64,000 nucleotides of DNA. Source: Octopus sinensis. Its lineage: Eukaryota. The stretch is from positions 25,110,001-25,174,000 of the forward strand of contig NC_042999.1 of NCBI RefSeq assembly GCF_006345805.1, read 5' to 3'. Within the stretch, counting starts at the first letter, position 1, and each line of letters begins with the position of its first letter. Made by a program: the position numbers and the translations under genes. This document shows, in pieces, positions 42,025 through 55,099 of the stretch. The notes under the pieces are model-generated. The model saw only the letters and a program-made list of their open reading frames with translations, had not been told where the DNA came from and made no database searches.

Positions 42025-42095
42025 TAATAATAATAATAAAAAAAAAAAAAAAAAAAAAAAATAATAATAATAATAATATAATAATAATAATAATA

Positions 42096-42649
42096 GCCCT
42101 GATGCAGTACCAGGCAGTGGCTCTCATGGCTTCTGATCTTAACTGATTGGAAGTGTTATCATGTACATTGTTTTGTCTTGGTATAAAAGATGGGCTACAG
42201 CAAATATTCTGCTCAATACCACAGATTTGCTTGTCAGTTGTTTGACCTTAACCAGTTGAGCATGTCCCTTAGTGGCTGACGATATGTGCATCTCTGATCA
42301 CGAGCAGAAGTAGTGGGGGAGCATCATAGCCATGTGTTGAGAGGGATTCTTTGGGGTTTGAATAATTCACCTCTGGAAACATGGGTGTTTCGTTCAACGT
42401 CCTTGGACAGCCCTTATTCAGGGACCTTTTGAGCGGGATGGGTTACTCGATCTGAAGAAAATTCTAACTGGGCTCCACCTGCAAGGTCATGTGCTGTTTA
42501 TCTTGATATGAGATCACCATGTCGCGCACATATGGTTGTGATGCATGTGCCTGGTGTGCCCTTATCGGACGGGTAGTCATGATGGGTATACTGAGCTTCG
42601 TATATTTTACCCCAGTGTCACTTTGATGGCATGCTCTGCTCGCTCACTC
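42096..42649 (+). mobile_element. 3' UTR fragment of a Dong/R4-like LINE inserted in (TAA)n
   Basis: Homologous to the reverse complement of 61290-61602, which lies downstream of Dong/R4-like coding sequence. (TAA)n on both sides. Confidence 0.75.
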
Positions 42650-43249
42650 AATAATAATAATAAAAATAATAATAGATCGAAGAGGAAGAAAAAGGAGGAG
42701 AAGAATGAGAAGAAGAAGAAGAAGAAGAAGAAGAAGAAGAAGAAGAAGAAGAAGAAGAAAGAAGAAGAAGAAGAAGAAATGATAATCATGATAAATTATG
42801 ATTAATATTTTAATTGTTTCTTTAAAACAAATTTCTGGCGGCTTTTTGGGGGAGAATAAAGTTGCAGTATTTCTCGTACTCTGACAGAGCTAGTTTACAC
42901 AAAAGAAGTCTTACCTTCTTTTCGTTTGTCCAGCCTTTGCACTCCTCTTTAAATATTTCTTCATATCTTCTATAGTATGAAGAAAATGTAATCCTATCTT
43001 CGGGATTATACAGGAATTCTTCAATGGAGTTGGCTACTCCATCCGCCGAATACGACGCCATTGCGTTCTTGGATTGTAGCTTTAATTCTTAACTCATTAA
43101 CTGTTGTTGTTGTTGTTGCTGTTCCCGGTATTCTTGCTGCGGTTGTAATAGCTCCTGCTGCTGTAACTATTTTTGTTGCTTCACATTCTTCCATTTCGAC
43201 ACCCCCTACCAGGGTTCGTAACCTCGCTACCACTGTTATAACAACACCT

Positions 43250-43473
43250 ATTTCTTTACTACCCACAAGGGGCCAAACACAGAGAGGCCAAAGAAGGACA
43301 GGCAAACGGATTAAGTCGATTATATCGACTCCAGTGCGTAACTGGTACTTGATTTATCGACCGCGAAAGGATGAAAGGCAAAGTCGACCTCGGCGGAATT
43401 TGAACTCAGAGCGTAACTGCAGACGAAATACGGCTACGCATTTCGCCCGGCGTGCTAACAATTCTGCCAGCTC
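43250..43473 (-). mobile_element. SINE family A inserted in the Gypsy leader/gag start
   Basis: Near-full family A copy. Confidence 0.85.
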
Positions 43474-43721
43474 CGTTATACAGTGGGAAGTATCCTCGTC
43501 GCTACTGATATGACATGCGACTTCTCACCGTCACTGTTATATCTGAACTGTTATAATATTAAACGTTCATAATATTCTCTTATTACTCTCCAACTGTGTA
43601 TCTTAAACAAGCCCTCCACGAAATCTCAATTCAATAATTCCTACGACCTGTACACTATAACTGCGCATATGACACTCTTCTCAGACTGTTCCACACATGA
43701 CCGTTTATACCAACTAATATA

Positions 43722-43953
43722 TATTTCTTTACTACCCACAAGGAGATAAACATAGAGGGGACAAACAAGGACAGACAAAGGGATTAAGTCGAATACATCG
43801 ACTTCAGTGTGAAACTGGTACTTAATTTATCGACCCCAAAAGGATGAAAGGCAAAGTCGACCTCGGCGGAATTTGATCACAGAACGTAACGGCAGACGAA
43901 ATACGGCTACGCATTTCGCCCGGCGTGCTAACGTTTCTGCCAGCTCGCCGCCT
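43722..43953 (-). mobile_element. SINE family A inserted in the Gypsy 5' LTR
   Basis: Full copy. TSD TTTATACCAACTA(A/G)TATA at 43704-43721 and 43954-43971. Confidence 0.9.
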
Positions 43954-44580
43954 TTTATACCAACTAGTATAGTTCACTTAGCCAATCACGATGGTCTACA
44001 GATTCCCCATACAACAGTACGTTTGAACAAATAAAAACGGAATGATCATGGCTGGAACGCTTTTGATCATAGACATGCTCGATGATTAAGCCCGTCTTGG
44101 TGTTAAACAAAACAACAATTACAATACTAGCATAAATTTAATCCTGTAAACTATTGCTATGAACTCATTTACTCTGCAATCTATAAATCTTTTCTTATGT
44201 TTCTGGTCAAGCTCCACACAGGAATCAAATAAATGTGTTTATTATTTTTATCTTTTAATCAACAAATGAGATTAAGCGGTGAGGTACAAACTTATTTTTT
44301 TCCTGTTTTTTTTTTTTTTTTTTTTTTTTACTTTCTTCTTTCTTTGCGTTATCTGACGTTTCTATGTTTTTGTTAACTGAACATATTGGCCATTAGACAC
44401 GATTCAAATTGTTCCAATATGTTTTAAGTATCTGGTATTATTTTTCCACTCGTATTTTATTCAGCTATTTTTATTCTGATAATCTTATATTTGTTGTTTC
44501 GTTTGCATCTTTGTTATTTTAACGTTTATCGTAATTTTCGTCAGACCAAAGTCAATTGAGATTTTTTTTGTGTGTTTAGG

Positions 44581-44634
44581 TACTACTACTACTACTACTA
44601 ACTACTACTACTACTACTACTACTACTAATAGTA

Positions 44635-44665
<31 letters not shown>

Positions 44666-44928
44666 ATCGAAGAAAGAGGAGGAGGAGAAGAAGAAGAAGG
44701 AGGAGAACAAAGAGAAGGAGGAGAAGGAGAAGGAGGAGGAGGAGAAGGAGGAGAAGGAGAAGGAGGAGGAAGAAGAAAAAGAAGAAGAAGGAGAACAAAG
44801 AGGAAAAGAAGGAGAAGGAGTAGTAGAAGAAGGAGGAGGAAGAGGAGGAGAAGAAGAAGAAGAAGAAGAAGAAGAAGAAGAAAAGAAGAAGAAGAAGAAG
44901 AAGAAATGATAATCATGATAAATTATGA
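44581..44928. repeat. Compound trinucleotide array (TAC)(TAA)(GGA/GAA)n
   Basis: Read directly. Confidence 0.9.
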
Positions 44929-45468
44929 ATTGTTGCAGTCACAAAATTTTTGCCTGATAGTTATATCTGTTCAAGCCGCTGATTTCCAAAGATTTCGTTG
45001 GTTGGGAAGAAAGAATTTAAATATATAAACACAAAAACAAATGTTATGTTATGTTTTAGGTTATGTCGATAAGAAGATGCTTCGTTTTATAGGAACCTCA
45101 ATGCAGCAGTTTTTAATTTGCCTAATAACAAAATACATTTTGACAATACAAAACAAACTCTTCAGTAATTAGATTTTTGTTTTATTTTTAAAGACAGCTA
45201 TTTGAATGATAGGATTGATATTAGAAGCAAAGTAGAATACGGAGTTTAGAGTTACAAGTTGAAAAACTAAACAAGATCTCCAAGTCTTTGGAGAATCTGC
45301 ATATTTGTATGTTCTTGTTATTTCAGTGAAGATAAAACTGAATAATAATAAAGAGCTGAGAATATTTCTTCCTACACTGTCTAAGATGGTTTCAGTGTAG
45401 TATTACAATCTATTTAGGGGATATCTCTGTCTCAACGGATTTCGTTTTAGTCAAATACCAAGTATTGT

Positions 45469-45712
45469 ATTCCGTTTTTGGATTTGGTTTGCAAGATTCT
45501 TTATATGAGTTCGTGTGTTGAAGCATATTCTGTTGTGTCTGGGGAGAGTCATTCTCTTTTAGTGCCTTATTATTTAACACACCCACCGGTAAAATTTCCA
45601 CTTATTTCTTATTTTTTATTTTCTAAAATTTTCGTTGCGTCTCGCAACCTTTTCAATAGTCTTGACTCTTGAATAGTCACTAAAAGACAATGACTCTCCC
45701 CAGACACAACAG
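45469..45712 (-). mobile_element. Penelope-like terminal fragment with inverted 5' piece
   Basis: Inverted pair at 45529-45564 / 45678-45713. 12-bp direct repeat ACCAAGTATTGT at 45457-45468 and 45713-45724. Degenerate hammerhead-like TTGAAAA-GGTTGCGAGACGCAAC-GAAA on the minus strand. Confidence 0.55.
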
Positions 45713-46273
45713 ACCAAGTATTGTTATTTCCTGATTAGGCATGAGTATCTATGTTGTAGAAAAGTGATGGAAATATGGAGTTATTATTCTCCTGTTACTA
45801 ACGAAGTTATTAATATCTTCAATTAATCTCTCAAGACCCAAGGATAATCAGGGTGCTTTTACATGAGACATCGCTACTTTTTACAGATTCTCTGTTCCTC
45901 TTTGAATTGTCGTTGAAACACCACTAGAATCTCCGTGTTTATGTAGAAATCAATTTATTATCTCTGAAGAGAAACTAAGTATTTTCATAGTAGAATTCTC
46001 GTATAATCTGGTAGTGTACCATCTTGATGATGGTTATGTAGAAGTGGATGAGTTACACAAAAGAAACGCTTCACTTTAGGTTTCTAACAACCTATAGTTT
46101 CTCATAACTGAGAATATACTTAGTCCAGCTCATCCATTAATTTATCTACTTTCACTTTTACTAATTGTGATGTTATTGAAGTAAAGTAGTTTATCTAGGA
46201 ACCAAAACTATATGACAGATCCCTCCCGTTAGGAGTTGAATCCTTACGATTTTCATTTTCAGCGCCTGTTTAA

Positions 46274-46670
46274 TCTTTATATATAAAAGAGAGGTTGTGT
46301 GCTGTCTGTCTCCTACGATTTAGATTCCTAACTACTCCCTCATTTTGCGGTGCAGTTTAACCAAAACCGGGTATCTTATAGTTGTGATTCATATCGAGCC
46401 ATTCTGGGTATTAGCGCGCGTCTACGATGAGTCTACGATTTAAAAAAAAATTACCATCAATTTTTCCCATTTTTAATGCATTTTTGGCATATATAAGGGA
46501 TGTAACTCTCTAAAAATTTATTATTAAATCTCAGAACGTAAAAAGCTACAGTAACCCCCCCCCCCTTTGTGGTTAGCCATATTGAGATGACTATTATACT
46601 TTACATCTCTAAAAATGCTTATATAGTTATTTCCCTTACAAACCCGAGCAACGCCGGGCGATACTGCTAG
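46274..46670 (+). mobile_element. Non-autonomous Helitron
   Basis: A|TC start (TCTTTATATATAAAAG), subterminal GC hairpin CCCGAGCAACGCCGGG, CTAG|T end, no TSD. Confidence 0.8.
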
Positions 46671-47616
46671 TCAATTATAAAAAAAATATATCAATAAAAT
46701 CAGTTGTGTTTAACGTCTAATCGGAAATGTCTTGCAATATGACCAAGGAAATATAATTCAGACGTCACTGAAAAGTCAATATGAATATGATCTTTGTGAA
46801 TAGGAAACAAATAGTAAACATGACCTGTACAGAATCTCAATAAATTTGCCTCTGGGGAGAGAAAGCTTCTCTTCAAAATGTTAGACATTTACTTTTTGTT
46901 TACAGCAAAATAATTGATACTGCTCTGCTATTCATTCAGATAAGACGTCACTACTTTTTATAGTACTACTTTTTGAATTGTCGTTGAAACACCACTAGAA
47001 TATCCGTGTTTATGTAGAACACTGTTAGGTTAATCATCTGGGGAGAGCTTATTCCTTTCAAAGCTGGGTGCATTTATTCTGGTAGTGATAAGAGATCCCA
47101 GTATATGCTTGTTAAAGTCTCTGCATTTAGCAAAGATATTGTATCTTGTGTAAACTTACGAAGTTATCAAGATTTCCAAGATTTATAAAAGTAGTGGTCG
47201 ATAAACATACCTAGAGGACTATTGGAGGTCCTGTCTAATCGAATACGTCATCACCCACCCTTGTTTGCTACCTTGTACTTGAATTCGAACTCAATATAGG
47301 TAAAGGTTACTCAGTTTAAGAACAGTGTGTGGTTGACTTAATTAACTCCACTACTTTTATGGTACTTCTGAGTTACTACAATAAAAATATTTTTTACAAT
47401 AAAAACAATAATATGTAATAAGCATTTCTAACAGTAAAAGTTCAGAAATTTTTGCTTTGTCAGCTGGTGATATTGCAATGAACTTGCACTTTTATTTTAA
47501 ATCGAAATTCGCTCCGACGGGAACTGAACTTGGAACGTGACAAACATTTGTCCGACATTTTATCAATTCCACCGATCTAGAAAGTTTATATTCACAACAA
47601 TATTAATTATAATTAA

Positions 47617-47825
47617 AGCAGCGCGTTATCAGATTCATTAGCACGGAGGAAAAATGCTTACTGGTATTTCGTCCGTTTTTATGTTCTGAGTTCAAATTCC
47701 ATCGAGATCGACTTTGCCTTCCATCATTTCTGGGTCGATAAAGTAAGTACCAGTTGAGCGGTGGGTTCGATGTAATCGACTTGCCCCTCCTCCCAAATTT
47801 CTAGCCTTGTGCCAAATTCTGAAAA
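47617..47825 (+). mobile_element. SINE family A variant with alternative tail (diverged)
   Basis: Same head and central block but tail CCCCTCCTCCCAAATTTCTAGCCTTGTGCC, like 60320-60468. Confidence 0.65.
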
Positions 47826-47903
47826 TGTTTCTACTAGAGGTATGAAACTAGAAATATAGGTGGGAGAAGATTTATCGATAAAAGTAGATTGCACTTTATT
47901 TAA

Positions 47904-48062
47904 CCATTTAGCATTCAGATTACTCTGTCAAAAGTAAAGCTTATTTATTCACCTTGTTTTGAATTAATGAGCGCTATCTGATAGCTTTGAGATTTTTGAT
48001 GATAGAACTGCTTATCTTTAGAATGACATTGTAGGGTAGTTGTGAGAGGTTAGATCTGGTTG
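47904..48062. mobile_element. Partial copy of the piggyBac-like MITE
   Basis: Colinear with 5418-5580 (CATTCAGATTACTCTGTCAAA...). Confidence 0.55.
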
Positions 48063-48427
48063 GTTATTTCGCTTAGTATGTTTTGCTGATGAAGTTATAA
48101 AACTAATCCAGAAATTGACCAATCCAAAACTATCTGAATTATTTTATGAATTTTTGACCTGTCCACTTTCACGATTTCAACCTGTATATATTGTAAAGTG
48201 AAGATTTTGAGTGGATTGACGTATTTGGCTTCTATTTTCAGCATATAGGCATGGTTGCTTCTATGACCTTAATCATAATTGTATTCTATACAATTATGTA
48301 TCTCTCTATATGAAGTTCTTTTTATAAGCTGGCTACTGATAAAATTCATTAATTTGAATGACTTTATCCTTAATATGTTTAGATGTATATATATATATAT
48401 TATCTATAATATATATATAATATATAA

Positions 48428-48853
48428 TAATAAAAAGAATTCCAACCTTGTCTGATTTTCACGTTTTATTTACAATCTTATAATGATATATTATAAGATA
48501 ATATATTATAATTGAATAAAATAAAATGAAATAGTAGAATGTTAAATGTTCATTCTGATTGAACTAGTACTTCATGCATTGAATTCTGCAATCTTCGGGT
48601 TCATGTAGTAGTGTTGACAGTCATGCTTCACAATTTTTGACAGTCAACATTGTGAAGCATGACTGTCAACACTACTACATGAACCCGAAGATTGCAGAAT
48701 TCAATGCATGAAAGTACTAGGTCAATCAGAATGAACATTTAACATTCTACTATTTCATTTTATTTTATTCAATTATATATATATCTTATAATTATCATTA
48801 TAAGATTGTAAATAAAACGTGAAAATCAGACAAGGTTGGAATTCTTTTTATTA
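48428..48853. repeat. Large fold-back palindrome between (TA)n arrays
   Basis: ~213-bp arms centred at ~48642 (TTGAC-A-GTCAA). A further inverted partial copy lies at ~48930-49008. Confidence 0.9.
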
Positions 48854-48884
48854 ATATATTCTTCTATACACAATCACACACACC

Positions 48885-48919
<35 letters not shown>

Positions 48920-49001
48920 GATTATATATATATGGGTGTGTGGGTGTGTGTGATTGTGTATAGAAGTATTAATAAAAAGATTCCAACCTGTCTGATTTCA
49001 C

Positions 49002-49037
<36 letters not shown>

Positions 49038-49345
49038 ATATATATATATATATATATATAGACGTGCGTTTATTATATATAATATAGACGTGCGTTTATA
49101 TCGTGTGCATGTAGAAATGATGACGCGGGAAATTTTTACATGAAAAGATTATACGTGGGACGTCTGCAGATTATAATGTTCATCCAGTGTTACATCACAT
49201 ATCGTCAATACAATAAAGCATATATATTTCTAATCCTTCCTGATACTGTGCACTACGCTCACAGACACACACACATTGGTACACATATCTATACATAGAT
49301 TCAAACATACATGCGCATATATATCAATGCGTAATTTTGACTGAG

Positions 49346-49427
<82 letters not shown>

Positions 49428-49452
49428 CTATCTATTCCTCTCTCTCTATCGA

Positions 49453-49570
<118 letters not shown>

Positions 49571-51727
49571 GTATGTATGTATGTATGTATGTAAGTATGT
49601 ATGTATGTATGTATGTATGTATGTATGTATGTATCTATCTATCTATTTATCTCTCTCTCTATATATATATATATATCTATCTGCATATACACATACATAT
49701 TTATATGTGTGTATCTGTGTTTGCGTCTATGTGTGTGCTGATTATTGCATAAATTTCACAGCAAATTTCAGAAACTCCCTGCTAAAGACATCATTTTCAT
49801 AGAATATTTTTTGATAAGCGGATAGAAGTTAGCATTCTTCGAGATTCGAAACGCAACGTTTAACTTCTGGAGATAAAGGCGTTGATAAACAGCATTACTG
49901 TACTTGGCAATACAGACTGAAGATTTTTGCTCTTAATAAACAGCAATACTCTACATGCTAATATTCAGCCAATATCCGTGTCGTATGCCTGTTAGTTCAA
50001 AGGAAAAGATTAATTTGGCGCCAAAAGTCACCAAGGAGCATTCGAGAATTTTCTTGGAAAATCTTATAAAACCATTGGGGTCAATTATCTAGGGGACTTC
50101 TATGATATGAAAGCTAGAAGTTTTGTGTCTCACGTCTCATGTTTTGCAAAGGCAATTTTCGTTTTTCGACCTCCTCACTGGGAAATTTTTCATATCACAA
50201 CTAACAATTGTTATAATATAAAAACAAAACAAAACATTTCAGCCCTTTGTCTATGACAATTATTTTTTTTTATTCATGTATACCATACATCTAACACTTG
50301 TATATACTGCATAGTAAAACATGTTTAATATTATGGAAAACATGACTGAAGTTAATTTTCATTTTTCTTATAATTCCGAATTTTAACACAACACACCCTT
50401 GTCAATACGTATGCTGTGTGTCTGTATACAAACATTCCATTAAACTGAAATCTTCTAGAGTATAACACGCCTGGACAAATAATAGACCATCCGAAGAACA
50501 CTGCAACGACCACAACATGCCAATGAAGGGAAATCTAAGCTATCACTAGATCTAGTCGAAACAACAGCTAAACAATGCTCAAACCATATCCCTTTTATCA
50601 TTATAAATATCAAACACGCTTGCACCATGTGCTCCTTGATAAACTGTATATGTAAACCATTGATGTGCATTAACATCTATATCTACATCCATAGCTTAAA
50701 TAATGCTACTCTTCTCTGCTGATAATCAGGATTGTTATTCGGAGAAATGTATGTTAGATAAAATTTCATTAATATGAAAGACTTTTCATCTCCAAATGAA
50801 AGTTAAATAATGGAATAAATACACTCTAAAGAACACTGGTGAAATTTATAACTGCGTTAAATCCCTGCATTATTAACTCTAATCTTCGTATATCAACATA
50901 TCAAGTCAAAGATAATATTTTCTTTGACACACAATTAACAATTTAGAAAATAGAAATGTGGAGCGACTCACTCAGTAAAAAAAAAAGAAAAGAAAGAAAC
51001 GCTAGTTTTTACCAACATTATAAGGTTGCCACTCACAACTCGGTTATCATTAAAGGTAAATTATACGAATACAGAGAACAGGTTCCATTGTAGGGGTGCA
51101 TTTATAACATAAAGTAAAGAATCTCTCCAGAGATCGTGAGAGACTAGAAAAACAAACATTTAAAACCGGCTATCTTTATAATCAGACGAAGAAAAAAAAC
51201 TGTAAAGAACATCTCTACTGACTATATAAAATCAACATCTGAGCACCTCTTATCACCGAATAAAAAATTCTGTGTCCTCTAGGGATTCGAAAAAATGAGA
51301 AAACTTTCAGGTATCCTGAACTCTTTTCTGTAAGACGCTAAAATGCCTGTCAGAGCAGGACTAGATAATCCTCCCAACCCCAAAACGAACTACATTCACC
51401 ATGTGCAGACTGTCCATTTGGAAGCTATCCAGGAATTTGGAAATGTTGGTAGTAACGAAAGGGATTTACTTTTGCGAAACATTACCATCAGAGATGATTG
51501 ACAAAACCGATAGAGTTGAATAAAATATATTCCAGCATTTAATGTCATCCATTTGCGTTTTGAGTTAAAATTCAACAAAAATTGTCTTTGCATTTTATCC
51601 TACCATCCAAAAATAAGTTGCAGCTAAGCACTTTGTCGACCATACTAGTCATATAATACATTGTTATGGTCTTTACGAGAACCATGACTGGTATTAACAG
51701 GAAGGAAATTGATAACGTTTTCTTATT

Positions 51728-51958
51728 TATTTCTTTATTGCCCACAAGGGGCCAAAGATAGAGGGGACAAACAAGGACAGACAAATGGATTAAGTCAATT
51801 ACATCGACCCCAGTGCGTAACTGGTACTTAATTTATCGACCCCGAAAGGATGAAAGGCAAAGTCGACCTCGGCGGAATTTGAACTCAGAACGTAGCGGCA
51901 GACGAAATACTGTTAAGCATTTCACCCGGCGTGCTAACGTTTCTGCCAGCTCGCCCCT
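51728..51958 (-). mobile_element. SINE family A (full length)
   Basis: Colinear with 207-439. Confidence 0.9.
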
Positions 51959-52853
51959 AATAGTATACCGTTATTTTATGTGAGCAAGCCAGGGCCTGCA
52001 ATACTTTTTGTCTTTTTTTTTTTCTGTGCGGTTTTTAATTTATCAATTACCAAATTTTACCTTTCGCAATTTTCCTAAGATCGGCAACGAGAAACTCGAA
52101 TAACGATTTATGATATATCAGAATTCAATAAAGTATTTCATACTGCATTTATTTTGGGGGAATCATTGTTAATCCATTTTGTTTGCATCCTGAAATACAA
52201 AACTATTAAATACATGGCACTACAAAATATTGATTTGCTTATTAGCCTCAAGGGCACCTATGAAACACAGGATAGTAACGAGTGGTTTTTATTTCGAATA
52301 AATAGTTAAAATAAAGTAATATAGCTATCAATTTATAAACAGTCATACTCTATTACTCTTTTACTTGTTTCAGTCATTTGACTGTGGCCATGCTGGAGCA
52401 CCACCTTTAATCGAGCAATGTTGGGGGAACAAACACAGACACACAAACATATACGTAAATTGTTTGTACACTATCATATATGAAAAATATGTTATATTCG
52501 GCAGCAAAAAGTATTAAAACAAAATACGTTTCTCTATAAATTAAAAAAAAACTTTATTCTTATTATAAACAATATTTTGGAGTCTACAGATTCATTATCT
52601 TATAATGATAACTCATTAGAAATATCGGGAAGCATTATATCCATATATTTATATGTAAGGAAGAAAAATCAACGAAATGATGAATGTTATCAAAACAGAA
52701 AAGAGTAAGAAAAGCAAATTAGACGATCGGCTCTTCTTAGAAGAGGCAGAAGTAAACAGTGTTAGAGTGGGCAAAAGGAGAAAAAGAAGTTTGTCAAAAC
52801 TATGTTCAAGTATTGATGAAAAGAATTCTAGGCTCTTGATGTAAAGAAGCCTT

Positions 52854-53262
52854 GGATCTTTTCGGTTTGAACGGCAGTTTTTAACAATTTCTAGGAAACT
52901 AAACAATTTTAAACTTCGTATACTGGTAGAATGTGTTTATAAAACAGCTTTTTCTCTTGGCTTTATTGAGAAAATTCTATAGTTTGTAAGATATTTGTTG
53001 TTTTTTCTTCTTCAATTTCTGCAATTTCAACCAATCAGTGACGTCTATTGAGGTAAAAAAATTCTGTACTGCATGAATATGTCCCTCGTTTAAGAAACAG
53101 ATTGGGTTTATTTACATTTGTGAAGAAAAAAAAGATACCCTTCCCCCACCGCAAACCCTAAAACAGATTGAAATGCAATAGATCGATTCTAGGGTCATAA
53201 TTATGGGTGACAATTTCATATGACACCGCTAGAAAAAACTGCCGTTCAAACCGAAAAGATCC
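52854..53262. mobile_element. MITE, second copy of the 41354-41781 family, opposite orientation
   Basis: Same TIRs. Flanks GAAGCCTT / GAAACGTT (decayed 8-bp TSD). Confidence 0.85.
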
Positions 53263-53588
53263 GAAACGTTTCTTAGAGACTACAACGTAGCCGATTTTGA
53301 CAGTGAGAGAGAGGGATGGAGGGAGAGAAAGAGGGAGAGAAAGAGTGAGAGAAGCAGAGAGAGAGAGAGTGAGAGAGAGAGGGTGAGAGAGAGAAGAGGT
53401 AAGTCGCTAGTAATTTGCTGGTCATTTGTTTGTGGTAATTCTCTACCTGAGGGATGAAAAGTAAATTCGATCACAAAATTAGTTGCATTCAGGGCGTTCA
53501 GAGTGCAGGTAGACAGAACTAATACTACGTGACAGTCTATCCGATGCGCAAATGATTGTGTCAATTCACCGCCTCAGGACTCTGTTTC

Positions 53589-53781
53589 TGGAAAGATCAT
53601 TACTTTGTTTCTAAAATTCGACAATTAGAATGTTAGCATTGTTTAAGTAAACAAACGATTGTTAATTAGCTGAGAGTAACCATATTTGTCTCAACTAATC
53701 AACAAACAGATTCGTTTGTTTACTTAAACAACGCTATCATTCTAATTATCGAATTTTAAAAACAGTTTAACGATCTTTCCA
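53589..53781. repeat. Imperfect palindrome (old MITE or fold-back)
   Basis: TGGAAAGATC...AAAATTCGACAATTAGAATG...TTGTTTAAGTAAACAAACGA / TCGTTTGTTTACTTAAACAA...CATTCTAATTATCGAATTTT...GATCTTTCCA. Confidence 0.75.
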
Positions 53782-53916
53782 TACATCTTAACGCAGTCGA
53801 CTACCTTCCCTTCTATTATTCATCCTCACACCCTCGTACGTTTCTCTTATCTCTTGTTTCCTCAAACAACGTCACCGTCTTTTTTTAGTCAGTTTTCTCA
53901 TCATTTCTTATAAACA

Positions 53917-54276
53917 GGCGCAGGTATGGCTGTGTGGTTAAGAAGGTCACTTTGCAATAAGGCGGTTTCGGGTTCAGTCATACTGCGCGGCGCTTAACTA
54001 AATTTGGTAAACGGGAACTGTGTGAATTCCCATCGTGCATGTGTATATGAGCATTCGTGTATGTTTATATGTCTGTTTGTGTCGGTATTAGTCTCTCGCT
54101 ATTGCTTGACAACAGGTCCTGTTTTGTTTACGTCTCCGTAGCTTAGTATTTCGACAAAGGTCACGGCCAGAATTAGTATCAAACTTAAAAATAGGTACAG
54201 GGAGCGATCTGTTCGACTAAAACCCTTCAATGCTGTGCTCCAGCCCTGCCACAGTCCAATAACTGAAACAAGTAAA
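53917..54276 (+). mobile_element. SINE family B (old, diverged)
   Basis: GGCGCAGGTATGGCTGTGTGGTTAAG head and ACTGAAACAAGTAAA tail. Confidence 0.75.
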
Positions 54277-54296
54277 TTATCTATCTATCTTCTTAC

Positions 54297-55099
54297 CAAT
54301 TAAGGGTTTAGCAACGATCTCCCTTTTAGTAGAAAGAATAGCTATAACTCTTTGACTGCTATTTCTAAATTCGGTGTGTGGTGAGGCAATTCGTTGCTAA
54401 ACCCTTAATTGCTTAGTATTACTTAAATTTTCCTCGAATGAGGCTTTTACATGCCGAAATCTACTTGGTGTAATTAATAATTATTCCAAATTAATTAATT
54501 TCACCCTTTATTGTTACTGATAACCATATTTCATCCCAGTAAATGACCACAGCATCTTGTCTTGGCTACACGCGGGTGGGAAGGGGCTGGTGACACGAAC
54601 TTTCATTCACACTTTGAATTTGGTGGTACTGGTAATGGCTTTAGCTCGCTCTGATACTGAGTTGAGATGATGACTTCTAGTATCTCAAAATTTAATATAC
54701 AATTATTCATAATTGTAGTGTCCTACGCTGATGAGAAAAGAAGTTGGGTAAGGTAGAATTATCTAATTCTTATGCTTTCCTAAAACTTGATTTCGAAACG
54801 TACGTCCGTAGGTGACTTAAAATTGTATGATAGATTGCCGTCATTTCATTCTCTCTTACCTGTCTGTGTTTGCCTTTCAAGTGCTGTGTTTTTACTGAGA
54901 TCTCCCTTTTAGTAGAAAGAATAGCTATAACTCTTTGACTGCTATTTCTAAATTCGGTGTGTGGTGAGGCAATTCGTTGCTAAACCCTTAATTGCTTAGT
55001 ATTACTTAAATTTTCCTCGAATGAGGCTTTTACATGCCGAAATCTACTTGGTGTAATCAATAATTATTCCAAATTAATTAATTTCACCCTTTATTGTTA

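Larger units (their letters stand above)
39055..44016 (-). mobile_element. Decayed Gypsy/Ty3 LTR retrotransposon with nested insertions
   Basis: 5' LTR at 43506-44016 (TGTTG...TATCA), PBS-like TAGCGACGAGGA at 43493-43504, gag remnants (EFLYNPED..TFSSYYRRYEEIF...KVRLLL.KL; KSSLFKIR.ECLNL), pol remnants, and a partial diverged 3' LTR at 39055-39485. Confidence 0.85.

Noticed and set aside
48086-48125. CTGATGA-AGTT..AACT hammerhead-like start
   Set aside because: GAAA does not follow stem II, and no stems I/III can be formed.
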